Source: an uncultured Clostridia bacterium
Lineage (GTDB): Bacteria > Bacillota > Clostridia > Oscillospirales > Acutalibacteraceae
DNA: 64,000 nt
NCBI GenBank assembly: GCA_937894845.1
Contig: CALCQJ010000122.1
Span: 2,660-66,659, forward strand
Direction of reading: 5' to 3'
Made by a program: the position numbers and the translations under genes. This document shows positions 27,627-37,376 of the stretch, one piece after another. The first letter of the stretch is position 1. Every line of letters starts with the position of its first letter. Under the pieces are notes generated by a model. The model saw only the letters and a program-made list of their open reading frames with translations, ran no database searches and was not told where the DNA came from.

Positions 27627-30413
27627 ATGAACATTAATGACAAGCTAACAAGAGTACAAAGCTCAGCAAACACCGAGCTGGGAAAAAGGGTTGTAGCACA
27701 GATAAGGTTTGCAATGGAAATATCAAAGGCTCAGAACGGCAATTTTTTGGATGTTATCGATGATGCAGTAACCTATCTTTATGAAAAGCTGACTAATGAC
27801 GGTGCAGTTGTAAATGATGCTTATATGCAGGCAGAGAAAATGCTGATGCCAATACAGCCTGAGGCGAAAAAATACACTATGCACTGTGTACCCCACGCCC
27901 ATATTGATATGAACTGGATGTGGAGCTTTAATGAAACTGTAAACATTACACTTGACACCTTTCGCACAATGTTAACTCTTATGAGGGAATATCCCGATTT
28001 TACTTTTTCGCAGTCCCAGGCGTCCGTATACAAAATTGCGGAGGAATATGATCCTGAAATGTTTGAGGAAATCAGGCAGCGTGTAAGGGAAGGGCGCTGG
28101 GAGGTCATTGCCTCTACATGGACAGAGACCGATAAAAATATGCCCAATGGCGAGAGTCTGTGCCGGCATATTCTATATACAAAGGAATATTTCAAAGAAA
28201 AGTTTGGGCTTAGCTCTGACGATTTGCAGATTGATTTTGAGCCTGATACCTTCGGGCATAATATAAATGTACCTGAGTTATTAAATAAGGGTGATATAAA
28301 ATATTATTATCATTGCCGGGGAAGCAATCGCAATGATGTTTATCTCTATAAAGCGCCAAGCGGCAAAGAGGTTATTTGTTATCAGGAACCGATTTGGTAT
28401 AATGCGAATATTGAGCATAACTTCTTTGAATATCTGCCCGATTTTTGTACTAAAAATAATATTAATACAGTCCTCAAGGTTTATGGCGTCGGTGACCATG
28501 GCGGGGGGCCGTCAAGACGGGATATCGAAAGAATTTTGGATATGCAGACCTGGACTGTTGCACCGGTTATTAAGTTCAGTAAATATCATGACTTCTTTAA
28601 GGAGTTGGAAGTCTATCGGGATAGCCTGCCTGTAATTGACAAGGAGCTTAATTATATTTTTACAGGCTGTTATTCATCCCAGTCACGAATCAAGGCAGCA
28701 AATCGCCTTGCAGAGGACAGATTATATGGCTCAGAGGCTTTCAGTGCCATATCATACTGCTTTGCAGATGGATATAATTATTCAAAGCAATATGCAAAGG
28801 CATGGCAAAAGGTGATGTTTAACCATTTTCATGATATACTTCCCGGTTCATGTGTTCAGGAAAGCCGTGAACATGCCTTGGGTGAATTTCAAAATATCAT
28901 GGCGTATGCGGGTGCGGGGATGACAAAAGCACTGCTTAATATAGCCGAAAAGATAGATTCCTCTTTTGTACCGTTTGATCTTGACACAATGTCCACCTCA
29001 GAGGGTGGCGGAGTCGGTTTCCGTTCCGAAATCAGCAATCGTTGCATTAACAATCCGGCTGAGCGCGGATGCGGAAAAACCCGTGTTTTTCATATTTTCA
29101 ACAGCACCTCCCATTTTAGAGCAGAGCCTGTCGAGGTTACGGTATGGGACTGGCTCGGTGACCTAAATCTGCTTGAGGTAGTTGACACAAACGGTAAAGC
29201 TGTACCATTTATGATAATCGAAAGGGGCATATATTGGGCGCACAGCTTTATTAAGCTTTTAGTTCTGTCTGAAGTATTTTCATTTGGATATAATACATAT
29301 ATTTTGCAGGAAAAAGAAAATCCGGGCTTTTCAATAAGCTATCCCTTAGACAAGCGTCTTGAGGAGTTTCCCGACAATTTACTTGAAAATGACTTGATAA
29401 AAGCAGTGTTTGATGATGATATGTGCCTTGTTTCCCTTACGGATAAAACAACGGGTCAGGTTATAATCAATAGTCCCTCCTGCTATTTGCGTTATATTGA
29501 ACAAAATACCCGTCATAGCAAGCAGCCAAGCGGTTGGACTGAAGGTGAAGAAGTTTTCGGATGCAATATAAACAGGGAGGGCAGGGTGTATATAACCGGC
29601 AGAGATTACCGCTGCTGCCTGCGAAAGCTTATTAAATATACTGTAGAATATAAAAACTCAAGGGTTGATGTAACGGTATCTCTCGACGAAGGCGCCTCCA
29701 TGCTTAGGTTTAAGTTGAACATAGACTTTAAGGAGTGGGGAGTGCAGGGTCAGACAGTTCCGGGTTTAAAGTTTCATATGCCGATTAATTATGATGCACA
29801 GGAGTATCTGTATGAAATACCCTGCGGCAGCATTAAAAGAGAGCCGATGCACCACGATGCCCCGGCAAGAAGTTTTGTTTATGCTGTAAGCAATAATGGC
29901 AGTAAGGGAGTATGCTTACTTTCCGACACCATTTATGCATATTGCGGCGAGAATAATTCTATCAGCGCAACCATTCTGCGGGCAACTACAATGCCCGATA
30001 AATATCCTGAGTTCGGAATACATACAAATGAAATTGGCGTTGCGGTTTTATCGAATAAAAAAGATATTATTTATAAAACTGCGGCAGGTTTTAATCAGCC
30101 AATGCAATTTGTATCGGTTATTCCGCATAAGGGAAAGCTTGCTTCCACGGGTAGCTTTATTAAGGTTGAGGGAAGTGTAAGCGTTTCTGCCTTGAAAACT
30201 CCGGAGCATGCACAGGGGCATGAGATTATCGTGCGATTATACGAAATAGAGGGCAAAAGCGGTGAATGCAGAATAACCTTTGCTGATAAGCCTGTATCTG
30301 CACATATTGTTGATATACTGGAGCGGGAGCAGTCAAAAGCAACGGTTTTCGGCAGCACGGTTATTTTTAATGCCGGAGCAAATGAAATTATTACTTTACG
30401 CATTAAATTTTAA
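27627..30413 (+). CDS. GH38 alpha-mannosidase, cytoplasmic
   Basis: PHAHIDMNWMW at nt 27891-27923 and GVGDHGGGP. No signal peptide. The start is 27615 or 27627 (ORF open from 27513). Confidence 0.85.
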   Translation: MNINDKLTRVQSSANTELGKRVVAQIRFAMEISKAQNGNFLDVIDDAVTYLYEKLTNDGAVVNDAYMQAEKMLMPIQPEAKKYTMHCVPHAHIDMNWMWSFNETVNITLDTFRTMLTLMREYPDFTFSQSQASVYKIAEEYDPEMFEEIRQRVREGRWEVIASTWTETDKNMPNGESLCRHILYTKEYFKEKFGLSSDDLQIDFEPDTFGHNINVPELLNKGDIKYYYHCRGSNRNDVYLYKAPSGKEVICYQEPIWYNANIEHNFFEYLPDFCTKNNINTVLKVYGVGDHGGGPSRRDIERILDMQTWTVAPVIKFSKYHDFFKELEVYRDSLPVIDKELNYIFTGCYSSQSRIKAANRLAEDRLYGSEAFSAISYCFADGYNYSKQYAKAWQKVMFNHFHDILPGSCVQESREHALGEFQNIMAYAGAGMTKALLNIAEKIDSSFVPFDLDTMSTSEGGGVGFRSEISNRCINNPAERGCGKTRVFHIFNSTSHFRAEPVEVTVWDWLGDLNLLEVVDTNGKAVPFMIIERGIYWAHSFIKLLVLSEVFSFGYNTYILQEKENPGFSISYPLDKRLEEFPDNLLENDLIKAVFDDDMCLVSLTDKTTGQVIINSPSCYLRYIEQNTRHSKQPSGWTEGEEVFGCNINREGRVYITGRDYRCCLRKLIKYTVEYKNSRVDVTVSLDEGASMLRFKLNIDFKEWGVQGQTVPGLKFHMPINYDAQEYLYEIPCGSIKREPMHHDAPARSFVYAVSNNGSKGVCLLSDTIYAYCGENNSISATILRATTMPDKYPEFGIHTNEIGVAVLSNKKDIIYKTAAGFNQPMQFVSVIPHKGKLASTGSFIKVEGSVSVSALKTPEHAQGHEIIVRLYEIEGKSGECRITFADKPVSAHIVDILEREQSKATVFGSTVIFNAGANEIITLRIKF

Positions 30414-30449
30414 TTTGATTTACTAAATTCACAGAAAGGGAGATTGATA

Positions 30450-31820
30450 ATGAAAAAACCCTGTTGTTTTAAAGCTATGGCAGTCCTTATAATAATTCTG
30501 ATATGCTTTTGTAGTTCAGCTTATGCCGCTAATACTAAGCCGAAAAATGTTATATTGCTTATTGGTGATGGCATGGGACCTAATCAGGTGGCAATGGCAA
30601 GGCAATCAAAAGGCTCTGCGCTTAATATGGAGAGTATGCAGTATAAAGGCACATTTTCTACTGCTAATGTTGATGGTGGAGTTACCGATTCGGCAGCTGC
30701 GGGCACTGCTCTTGCGTGCGGTATAAAAACCAAAAACGGCATGGTTGGTATGAATGCTGCTAAAAATACTCTTCCTAACATTAGAGAATATTTTGCCGAT
30801 TTAGGCAAGAAAACAGGTTTGGTATCAACAGCTACTATTACAGATGCCACGCCGGCTGCCTTTGGTGCACATGTAGAGAATCGAAGCAGTCAGAATATTA
30901 TCGCAATCCAGTTTATAAAAAATAACATTGATCTTATTATGGGCGGAGGAGCAAAGTATTTCAGCTCAGACTTGTTGGAGCTTGCAACAGAAAAAGGGTA
31001 TACACATATTACAACCAAACAGCAGCTATTAAGTACGAACTCCTCGAAGATATTGGGGCTTTTTTGCGAAGGGGGCTTCCCGCTTTATCATAATAATGGA
31101 TATACTGCGGATATGCCAACCTTAGAACAGATGACAAGCAAGAGCATTGAAATATTAAACCGCAGCACAAAGGGATTCTTTCTGATGGTAGAGGGTGCAG
31201 CAATCGACTCTACCGGGCACTCAAACTTGATTGATGAAAACATTACCGAGACCTTGGAGTTTGACAAGGCAGTAAAGATAGCATTGGATTTTGCTGCCAG
31301 GGACGGCAATACGCTTGTAATTGTGACTGCTGATCATGAAACTGGTGGATTAAAATTCAATGCAGAGGAAAAAAGTTTTTATTTTACTTCTGCAGGTCAT
31401 ACTTCGGCAAATGTTCCTATCTTTGCATCTGGTACAGGCGCATCTAAATTTACCGGAGATATGAAAAATACTGATTTAAGTTTTAAAATTATGGAGCTTT
31501 ATAATTCAGATTCGGTTTCCTCTGCGCCGACAGCTAGCAAATCACAATCTTCATCCTCAATATCCTCATCAAAGACACAATCAAAATCAGTAGCATCAAA
31601 AAGCAGTATTTTAAGTTCGGAAAGTCAACAATCAGAATACAGCAGTACCACGAAAAGCGAAGCTGAACACAGTGATACAAGCATTGGAGAAGGCAGCTTA
31701 CCCACAAGCAAGCCCGATGGCGGCAACAGGGCTGCTATGATTATTTTAATTACGGCGGGCGCTGTAATTGTGCTTGGTGCAGGCAGCTTTGCAGTATATA
31801 AACTTGTAATAAAGAGATAA
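30450..31820 (+). CDS. Alkaline phosphatase (PhoA family), secreted and C-terminally membrane-anchored
   Basis: Signal peptide. LLIGDGMG and active-site VTDSAAAGTA motifs. Ser-rich linker, then TM helix AAMIILITAGAVIVLGAGSFAVY and KLVIKR. Confidence 0.85.
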   Translation: MKKPCCFKAMAVLIIILICFCSSAYAANTKPKNVILLIGDGMGPNQVAMARQSKGSALNMESMQYKGTFSTANVDGGVTDSAAAGTALACGIKTKNGMVGMNAAKNTLPNIREYFADLGKKTGLVSTATITDATPAAFGAHVENRSSQNIIAIQFIKNNIDLIMGGGAKYFSSDLLELATEKGYTHITTKQQLLSTNSSKILGLFCEGGFPLYHNNGYTADMPTLEQMTSKSIEILNRSTKGFFLMVEGAAIDSTGHSNLIDENITETLEFDKAVKIALDFAARDGNTLVIVTADHETGGLKFNAEEKSFYFTSAGHTSANVPIFASGTGASKFTGDMKNTDLSFKIMELYNSDSVSSAPTASKSQSSSSISSSKTQSKSVASKSSILSSESQQSEYSSTTKSEAEHSDTSIGEGSLPTSKPDGGNRAAMIILITAGAVIVLGAGSFAVYKLVIKR

Positions 31821-31912
31821 AAACGCCGTGTGTGTCCCGTGTTTTGCAATAAAACAGCTAAAAGCAATATCAAAAGAACCAAATAACTATTCGATTAAAA
31901 AGTAATATAATG

Positions 31913-31955
31913 ATACCCCGAAAACCTTGTGTTAGGGCTTTCGGGGTATTATTAT
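31913..31955. terminator. Bidirectional intrinsic terminator between convergent genes
   Basis: Perfect 11-bp stem ATACCCCGAAA (31913-31923) / TTTCGGGGTAT (31939-31949), with T-rich runs on both sides. Confidence 0.6.
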
Positions 31956-32008
31956 TGTGAAAACTACAATGTTTTTGGCACCTGTCTGCAATCTTCGAAG
32001 TGTTAGCT

Positions 32009-32596
32009 TTATTCTTTATGCACTTTATGGCATGTTTGTGAAAACGTCAAAATCAATCCTATTATAAACAGCTCCAAAGACGCGATAAGCAATACTAAAC
32101 AAGTCGCTGTGCGGTGTTGTTGATGCGATTTACATGGGTCGTGTTTGGGATGCCTGCTTAATTTAGCCGATATAATGATGTCGTCTGTTATATCGGCATT
32201 AACAGTTGCTATGTCGCATTTTTCGGTATTGTTATCATGCTCACAAACAACACAGTCACAAAATTTTGCGGGAAGATTAATATAATCTGCGTCTATTGCG
32301 TATACAAGGAATGCGGGCATAAATGAAATACCGATAAAAATCAGTCCCAAAATGTTAATCACTGTTATTCTTTCGCATTTAAAACATAACATTAATCCAG
32401 CAATCAACAAGAAAATTCCTATTGCTAAAAGAAATACCCTAACAATGCCTGCCAGCGCTATGATTGCCGCAACAATAAGGATAACAGCAATAACGGATAC
32501 AATTATTCCTGCAATTTTTCCAAGCTTGTTATCGTATAGGCATATTGCACCGAAAAACAGTAGAGCCAAAATAAGCCCCGCAACTAAAAATTCCAT
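32009..32596 (-). CDS. Multi-pass membrane protein, unknown function
   Basis: 195 aa. About 4 N-terminal TM helices, a Cys-rich loop (KFCDCVVCEHDNNTEKCD) and a C-terminal TM. SD AAGGAGG upstream. Confidence 0.55.
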   Translation of the reverse strand: MEFLVAGLILALLFFGAICLYDNKLGKIAGIIVSVIAVILIVAAIIALAGIVRVFLLAIGIFLLIAGLMLCFKCERITVINILGLIFIGISFMPAFLVYAIDADYINLPAKFCDCVVCEHDNNTEKCDIATVNADITDDIIISAKLSRHPKHDPCKSHQQHRTATCLVLLIASLELFIIGLILTFSQTCHKVHKE

Positions 32597-32787
32597 ATAT
32601 TAATAAATACCTCCTTTGCAGTTCGTTGATACATTATATTCCGTTAAGCCGACAAAGGTTAGCCGATTATGCATCCGGACAAACACGATAACCACAAAAT
32701 TTGCATAAATTAGTAAAGGTTTAGTTGTCAAACGGTGTCTTGCCACCGCCGCGGTTGGACACACTCACTCTGCGGCGGAGAAGGGGT

Positions 32788-34113
32788 ATGATTATGACGA
32801 TCTTTCAGGGTATAAACTGCACTGCATTCCAAGGAAACATAAATTGGCGGCTCGTTAAAGAAAGTCAAATTGACTTCGCTATGCTTCGCGCTACTATGGG
32901 CTGCGAAAATAAAATTCAAAGCCATACCGATATAAACTTTCACCGCAATATGCATGATGCAGCCGAGGCAGGCATAGCATTGGGGGCTTATCATTGTTTG
33001 CTCGCCACAACCGTTGAAGATGCCCGTGAAGAGTCTGGTTGTTTTTTGCGTGCGATAAGTGGTTATGAATTTTCATATCCTGTTGCTGTCGATATTGAAG
33101 ATCGTGCATTGCGTTATCTTCAAAAGGATAAGCTTGATGCGGTTGTGCAGGCGTGGTGCGACAATATTCGTAATGCAGGATATTATGTAATGATACGAGC
33201 CACTCTACCCACAATACAAAACCGTCTAAGTAATCTGACAATGCAACAAATTGATTTGTGGCTAATTAAATATGGTGAAACAACTGATTATAGCGGCGAT
33301 ATTGGAATATGGCAGTATACGGGAGCCGGCAGTGTTGGAGGAGTGCAAGGGCGAATTGGCCGTTTGCGTGCGCTGCGAAACTATCCCTTAATTATCCAAA
33401 AAACGGGGGATATTGATCAGGAAAATGAAAACAATGTTGCCCCAAAGCCGCCGTCATCATCAGCAAAATCACCTGTTATACAAGCGTTTGATACGCTCTA
33501 TAGTCTGGCTGAATTGAGAGAATCAATTAGAGAACTGTTTGAAGACAGCGACATCAAAAGGCTGTTATCAAAAGAACCCCAGGCGTGCAAATGTGAACAT
33601 AAGGAGCAAACTCAAAATCAAAATTTCAATGCCACAGATACAGACGAAAACAATGAGTCTGTGTCCGATGAAATATTGCGAAAGCACAATTCAAAACAAA
33701 ATGAACCGACGGACTCTTCTAAAAGCTTGGATACCTTAGCTGACACTTCCACAAATGAATTACCGCAAACCAATTTGAATTCGGCACAACCGGACATGTC
33801 ACAGGATGCACAAACTTTGCCGGAGAATATTGACAAAACCAATGGACCGAAAAACGAGCCGTCGTCCGATGGGGGAGCGATTATCCGACCCGAATCATCG
33901 TCCGAGCCTCAGCAGCATGATGATAAATTTGAGAACCAACTTGAACAAACTGAAACAGACGAAGATGTAATGTCCGAGCTGCTCTCGCTCACCGCTAAAA
34001 CAAACATATCAAAAATTATATGTCCTGATGAATTTGAAGATGATGAAGAAGAAACCGAAGAGCAGCATCATGTACGGCGACCTATGCGCGGGCGGTGGAA
34101 GTGGCTGTTTTAA
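32788..34113 (+). CDS. GH25 muramidase domain protein with a long acidic low-complexity C-terminal region
   Basis: GINCTAFQGNINWRLVKESQIDFAMLRAT...YPVAVDIED...GAYH match the GH25 pattern. No signal peptide. SD GGAGAAGGGG precedes the ATG at 32788. Confidence 0.7.
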   Translation: MIMTIFQGINCTAFQGNINWRLVKESQIDFAMLRATMGCENKIQSHTDINFHRNMHDAAEAGIALGAYHCLLATTVEDAREESGCFLRAISGYEFSYPVAVDIEDRALRYLQKDKLDAVVQAWCDNIRNAGYYVMIRATLPTIQNRLSNLTMQQIDLWLIKYGETTDYSGDIGIWQYTGAGSVGGVQGRIGRLRALRNYPLIIQKTGDIDQENENNVAPKPPSSSAKSPVIQAFDTLYSLAELRESIRELFEDSDIKRLLSKEPQACKCEHKEQTQNQNFNATDTDENNESVSDEILRKHNSKQNEPTDSSKSLDTLADTSTNELPQTNLNSAQPDMSQDAQTLPENIDKTNGPKNEPSSDGGAIIRPESSSEPQQHDDKFENQLEQTETDEDVMSELLSLTAKTNISKIICPDEFEDDEEETEEQHHVRRPMRGRWKWLF

Positions 34114-34160
34114 TAATCTATTATCGGATATTAGTATTATATAAAAGCCTATGTATAAAA

Positions 34161-34200
34161 TAAGCAGGCACCATTGTTTGTGGCGCCTGCTTATTTTCTT
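34161..34200. terminator. Bidirectional intrinsic terminator
   Basis: AAGCAGGCACCA / TGGCGCCTGCTT stem with one mismatch, flanked by T-runs on both strands. It lies between convergent genes. Confidence 0.6.
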
Positions 34201-34207
34201 GTTTTGG

Positions 34208-34915
34208 TTATTGTCTCCGGCGAATAATGTGTGAATATAACGTCATGCCGCCAATGCTGATAAGTCCGGTAACGGCAAACAGTATCGCCGCGAACATATA
34301 ATTTTGTGCACCGATAACATGTCCGCAGATTGTAGACGATACTACCGACGGTATGCGCGCAAGAATCGAAATAACCAGAAATTCATGCAGGCGTATTCGC
34401 GTAAGACCGGCGAAATAGGTAAAGATATCTTTAGGAGTCCCGGGCACAAAAAACAAAATAAAAATTGTGCGTTTCAGCTTTCGTTCGTTGTTTATGAATC
34501 GCAGCTCATTTATTTTCTCGCGACTTATAACGAGCTCGACCAGTTTTATGCCCCACCTCTTTGTGAGCATGAATATGAACGACGATGCTATCGCAACGCC
34601 CGCCATACATAAAAGTGTACCCTCTAATGGCCCAAATGCATAACCTGCACCCACTTCTATAATTTCGCCCGGAATCAAAGCAACGACAACCTGCAGACAC
34701 TGCAGTCCCAAAAAAACAAACCGGCCTTTCCAGCCAAACCCGCTGATATAGTTGCGAAACTCTTCGGGAGTATCGACTTTATCCAGCAACACATTATAAA
34801 GAAACAGAGACAGTCCTGCCGTCAGCAACAGCACAACAATTATTGATACCGTTCCGACAATACGCCGCCGTTTTAAATATGATTTAGTATTGTGTGCTGT
34901 TTCGACGTTACTCAT
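34208..34915 (-). CDS. TVP38/TMEM64 (DedA-related) family membrane protein
   Basis: VALIPGEIIEVGAGYAFGPLEGTLLCMAGVAIASSFIFMLTKRWG is typical of the family. SD GGAGGT precedes the ATG at 34915. Confidence 0.75.
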   Translation of the reverse strand: MSNVETAHNTKSYLKRRRIVGTVSIIVVLLLTAGLSLFLYNVLLDKVDTPEEFRNYISGFGWKGRFVFLGLQCLQVVVALIPGEIIEVGAGYAFGPLEGTLLCMAGVAIASSFIFMLTKRWGIKLVELVISREKINELRFINNERKLKRTIFILFFVPGTPKDIFTYFAGLTRIRLHEFLVISILARIPSVVSSTICGHVIGAQNYMFAAILFAVTGLISIGGMTLYSHIIRRRQ

Positions 34916-35150
34916 ACGGTACCTCCGCATAATTGTAATGGCTGCGTTGCGGCAGTCCCCGACAAAAAGCTCTTCTAACATATTCAGTATACTATAAAAA
35001 CCGAAAAAAATGCGTTATAAAAAATGAATTCTATTTTAATTTTTAAATCATATCCTTGTTTTTTCCTATTATTAACCATATAATACTTAAAGTGAATGGC
35101 TAAAATCTTGTTATGTATATTTAGTCAATAAAACCGAGAGGAAATAACGG

Positions 35151-37376
35151 ATGAAAAAATTGTTCGTATACCTTAAGCCGCACACTTTGATAATTGCAGT
35201 GTGCTTTTTGTTCCTTTTTGGGCAGGCCCTGTGCGACTTAAGTCTGCCGCATCTGATGTCGGATATTGTCAACATTGGAATACAGCAGGGGGGTATCAAA
35301 GAGCCTGCACCTGCCGCAATTACTGAAAATTCAATGGCGCTTATGCGCATATTTATGACCGAACAAGACCAACAGGCGGTTGACGCTCATTATAAACTAA
35401 TAGCTTCAAATTCAAACGATGCATTAAATTACCACAAAAAGTATCCTTTAGTCAATACCCAAAACATTTATGTACGTCATAATTCAAACAATCTTGACGC
35501 ACTTGGTGCATCGTTCGGACGCGCATCGATGACACTATTCAATTTTTTAAAAGAGCAGTATGGCCAAAACGGTCAAGCTATGCCTGATACAGCAGCCCAA
35601 GAGGGTCTTGATGAAATTGATTTGAAGCCGTTACAAGACATGCGGCCCATGTTAAGCAGCCTGCCGCCAACGGCCTTTGATGCCGCACGCGGAAAATCAA
35701 ATGATTTGGATCAATCTATGCTTACTCAGGTGGGTATTGTTATGGTCAAGCAGTTTTATAACGAGCTTGGTGTCGATACTGACGGGCTTCGCATACGTTA
35801 TATTGTAACCACGGGCGCCATAATGCTTTTGCTGACACTGCTTGGTGCGGCTGCGACGGTGATGGTTGCCCTCATTTCTGCGCGTATCGCCGCCGACGTT
35901 GCGAAATCAATGCGCCGCGATGTGTTTTCACGGGTCGAAAGCTTTTCGAACGCCGAATTTGACCGTTTTTCAACAGCATCTCTGATAACCCGCACAACCA
36001 ACGATGTCACCCATGTACAAATGCTTATTATTATGGGAATACGCATGGTTTGCTATGCTCCGATAGTCGGGGTTGGCGGAATAATTATGGCGGTAAGCAA
36101 AAGCCTTTCAATGAGCTGGATTATTGCGGTTGCTGTGCTTGTGCTTATCGGCCTTGTATCGGTGTTGTTTTCGGTAGCTGTTCCCAGATTTAAAATGGTT
36201 CAAAAGCTGATTGATAGGCTAAATCTTGTTACTCGTGAACAATTAAGCGGTATCATGGTGATTCGCGCATTCAATACTCAGAAATTTGAATATGACCGGT
36301 TTAAAAAATCCAATCAGGAGCTTACCGGTGTAATGCTGTTTATTAACCGTATTATGGTATTAATGATGCCTGCTATGATGTTTTTAATGAATTCGGTAAG
36401 TCTGCTTATAGTTTGGGTGGGTGCTCAGCAAATTGAATTGGCAGCAATACAAGTTGGTGACATGGTTGCATTTACCCAGTATGCTATACAGATTATTATA
36501 TCATTTTTAATGATTTCCATGATGTTTATAATGGTACCTCGTGCAGCCGTATCTGCCGCGCGTATCGCCGAGGTTTTGGACACCGACCCTGAAATAAATG
36601 ACCCGGATACTCCCAAAACGCTTAAAGGTCGTCTGTTTGGAAAAGTCGAGTTTCGTAATGTTTGTTTCAAATACGGCAATGCCGAGGATAATGTTCTTCA
36701 CGATATTAACTTTGTTGCTATGCCGGGACAAACCACTGCTTTTATCGGTTCTACCGGTTCAGGAAAATCAACGCTGATTAACTTAATACCGCGTTTCTAT
36801 GATGTTACACAAGGAAGCATTTTAGTAGACGATGTGGACATTCGAGAACTCACACAGCATGAGCTGCGTGAAATAATTGGATATGTCCCGCAAAAAGGCT
36901 TGCTGTTTTCAGGAGATATTGCACATAATTTAAGGTACGGCGGTCAAAATGCATCGGACGAGGAACTAAATCAGGCAGCTGACATTGCGCAAGCTACCGA
37001 ATTTATAGAGGGTGCGGGAGGATTGACAAGCCCCATATCACAAGGGGGAACTAATGTATCCGGTGGGCAAAAGCAGCGGCTTGCAATTGCGCGTGCACTT
37101 GTAAAAAAAGCGCCGATATATATTTTTGACGATAGCTTTTCGGCACTGGACTTTAAAACCGATGCAGCATTAAGACGGGCACTCAGTGAGCAAACAAAAC
37201 AATCAACCGTGCTTATAGTCGCCCAGAGAGTCGGCACAATTATGAATGCTGACCAGATTATTGTGCTTGACGAGGGGCGCATCGTGGGCAAAGGCACTCA
37301 CCGCGAGCTTCTTCAAAGCTGTGAAACCTACAGGGAAATTGCTTTATCCCAGCTTGCAAAGGAGGAATTGGCATGA
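35151..37376 (+). CDS. ABC exporter half-transporter (TMD-NBD), subunit 1, with a ~170-aa extracytoplasmic insert and a Walker-B Asp in place of the catalytic Glu
   Basis: Walker A GSTGSGKST. Signature VSGGQKQR. Walker B IYIFDDSFSALD. A long loop separates TM1 from TM2. Confidence 0.85.
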   Translation: MKKLFVYLKPHTLIIAVCFLFLFGQALCDLSLPHLMSDIVNIGIQQGGIKEPAPAAITENSMALMRIFMTEQDQQAVDAHYKLIASNSNDALNYHKKYPLVNTQNIYVRHNSNNLDALGASFGRASMTLFNFLKEQYGQNGQAMPDTAAQEGLDEIDLKPLQDMRPMLSSLPPTAFDAARGKSNDLDQSMLTQVGIVMVKQFYNELGVDTDGLRIRYIVTTGAIMLLLTLLGAAATVMVALISARIAADVAKSMRRDVFSRVESFSNAEFDRFSTASLITRTTNDVTHVQMLIIMGIRMVCYAPIVGVGGIIMAVSKSLSMSWIIAVAVLVLIGLVSVLFSVAVPRFKMVQKLIDRLNLVTREQLSGIMVIRAFNTQKFEYDRFKKSNQELTGVMLFINRIMVLMMPAMMFLMNSVSLLIVWVGAQQIELAAIQVGDMVAFTQYAIQIIISFLMISMMFIMVPRAAVSAARIAEVLDTDPEINDPDTPKTLKGRLFGKVEFRNVCFKYGNAEDNVLHDINFVAMPGQTTAFIGSTGSGKSTLINLIPRFYDVTQGSILVDDVDIRELTQHELREIIGYVPQKGLLFSGDIAHNLRYGGQNASDEELNQAADIAQATEFIEGAGGLTSPISQGGTNVSGGQKQRLAIARALVKKAPIYIFDDSFSALDFKTDAALRRALSEQTKQSTVLIVAQRVGTIMNADQIIVLDEGRIVGKGTHRELLQSCETYREIALSQLAKEELA

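Noticed and set aside
31690-31820. LPxTG-like string SLPTSKPDGG near the C-terminus of the alkaline phosphatase
   Set aside because: It lacks the TG of a sorting pentapeptide. It is separated from the TM helix by extra residues. I treated it as a plain C-terminal membrane anchor.
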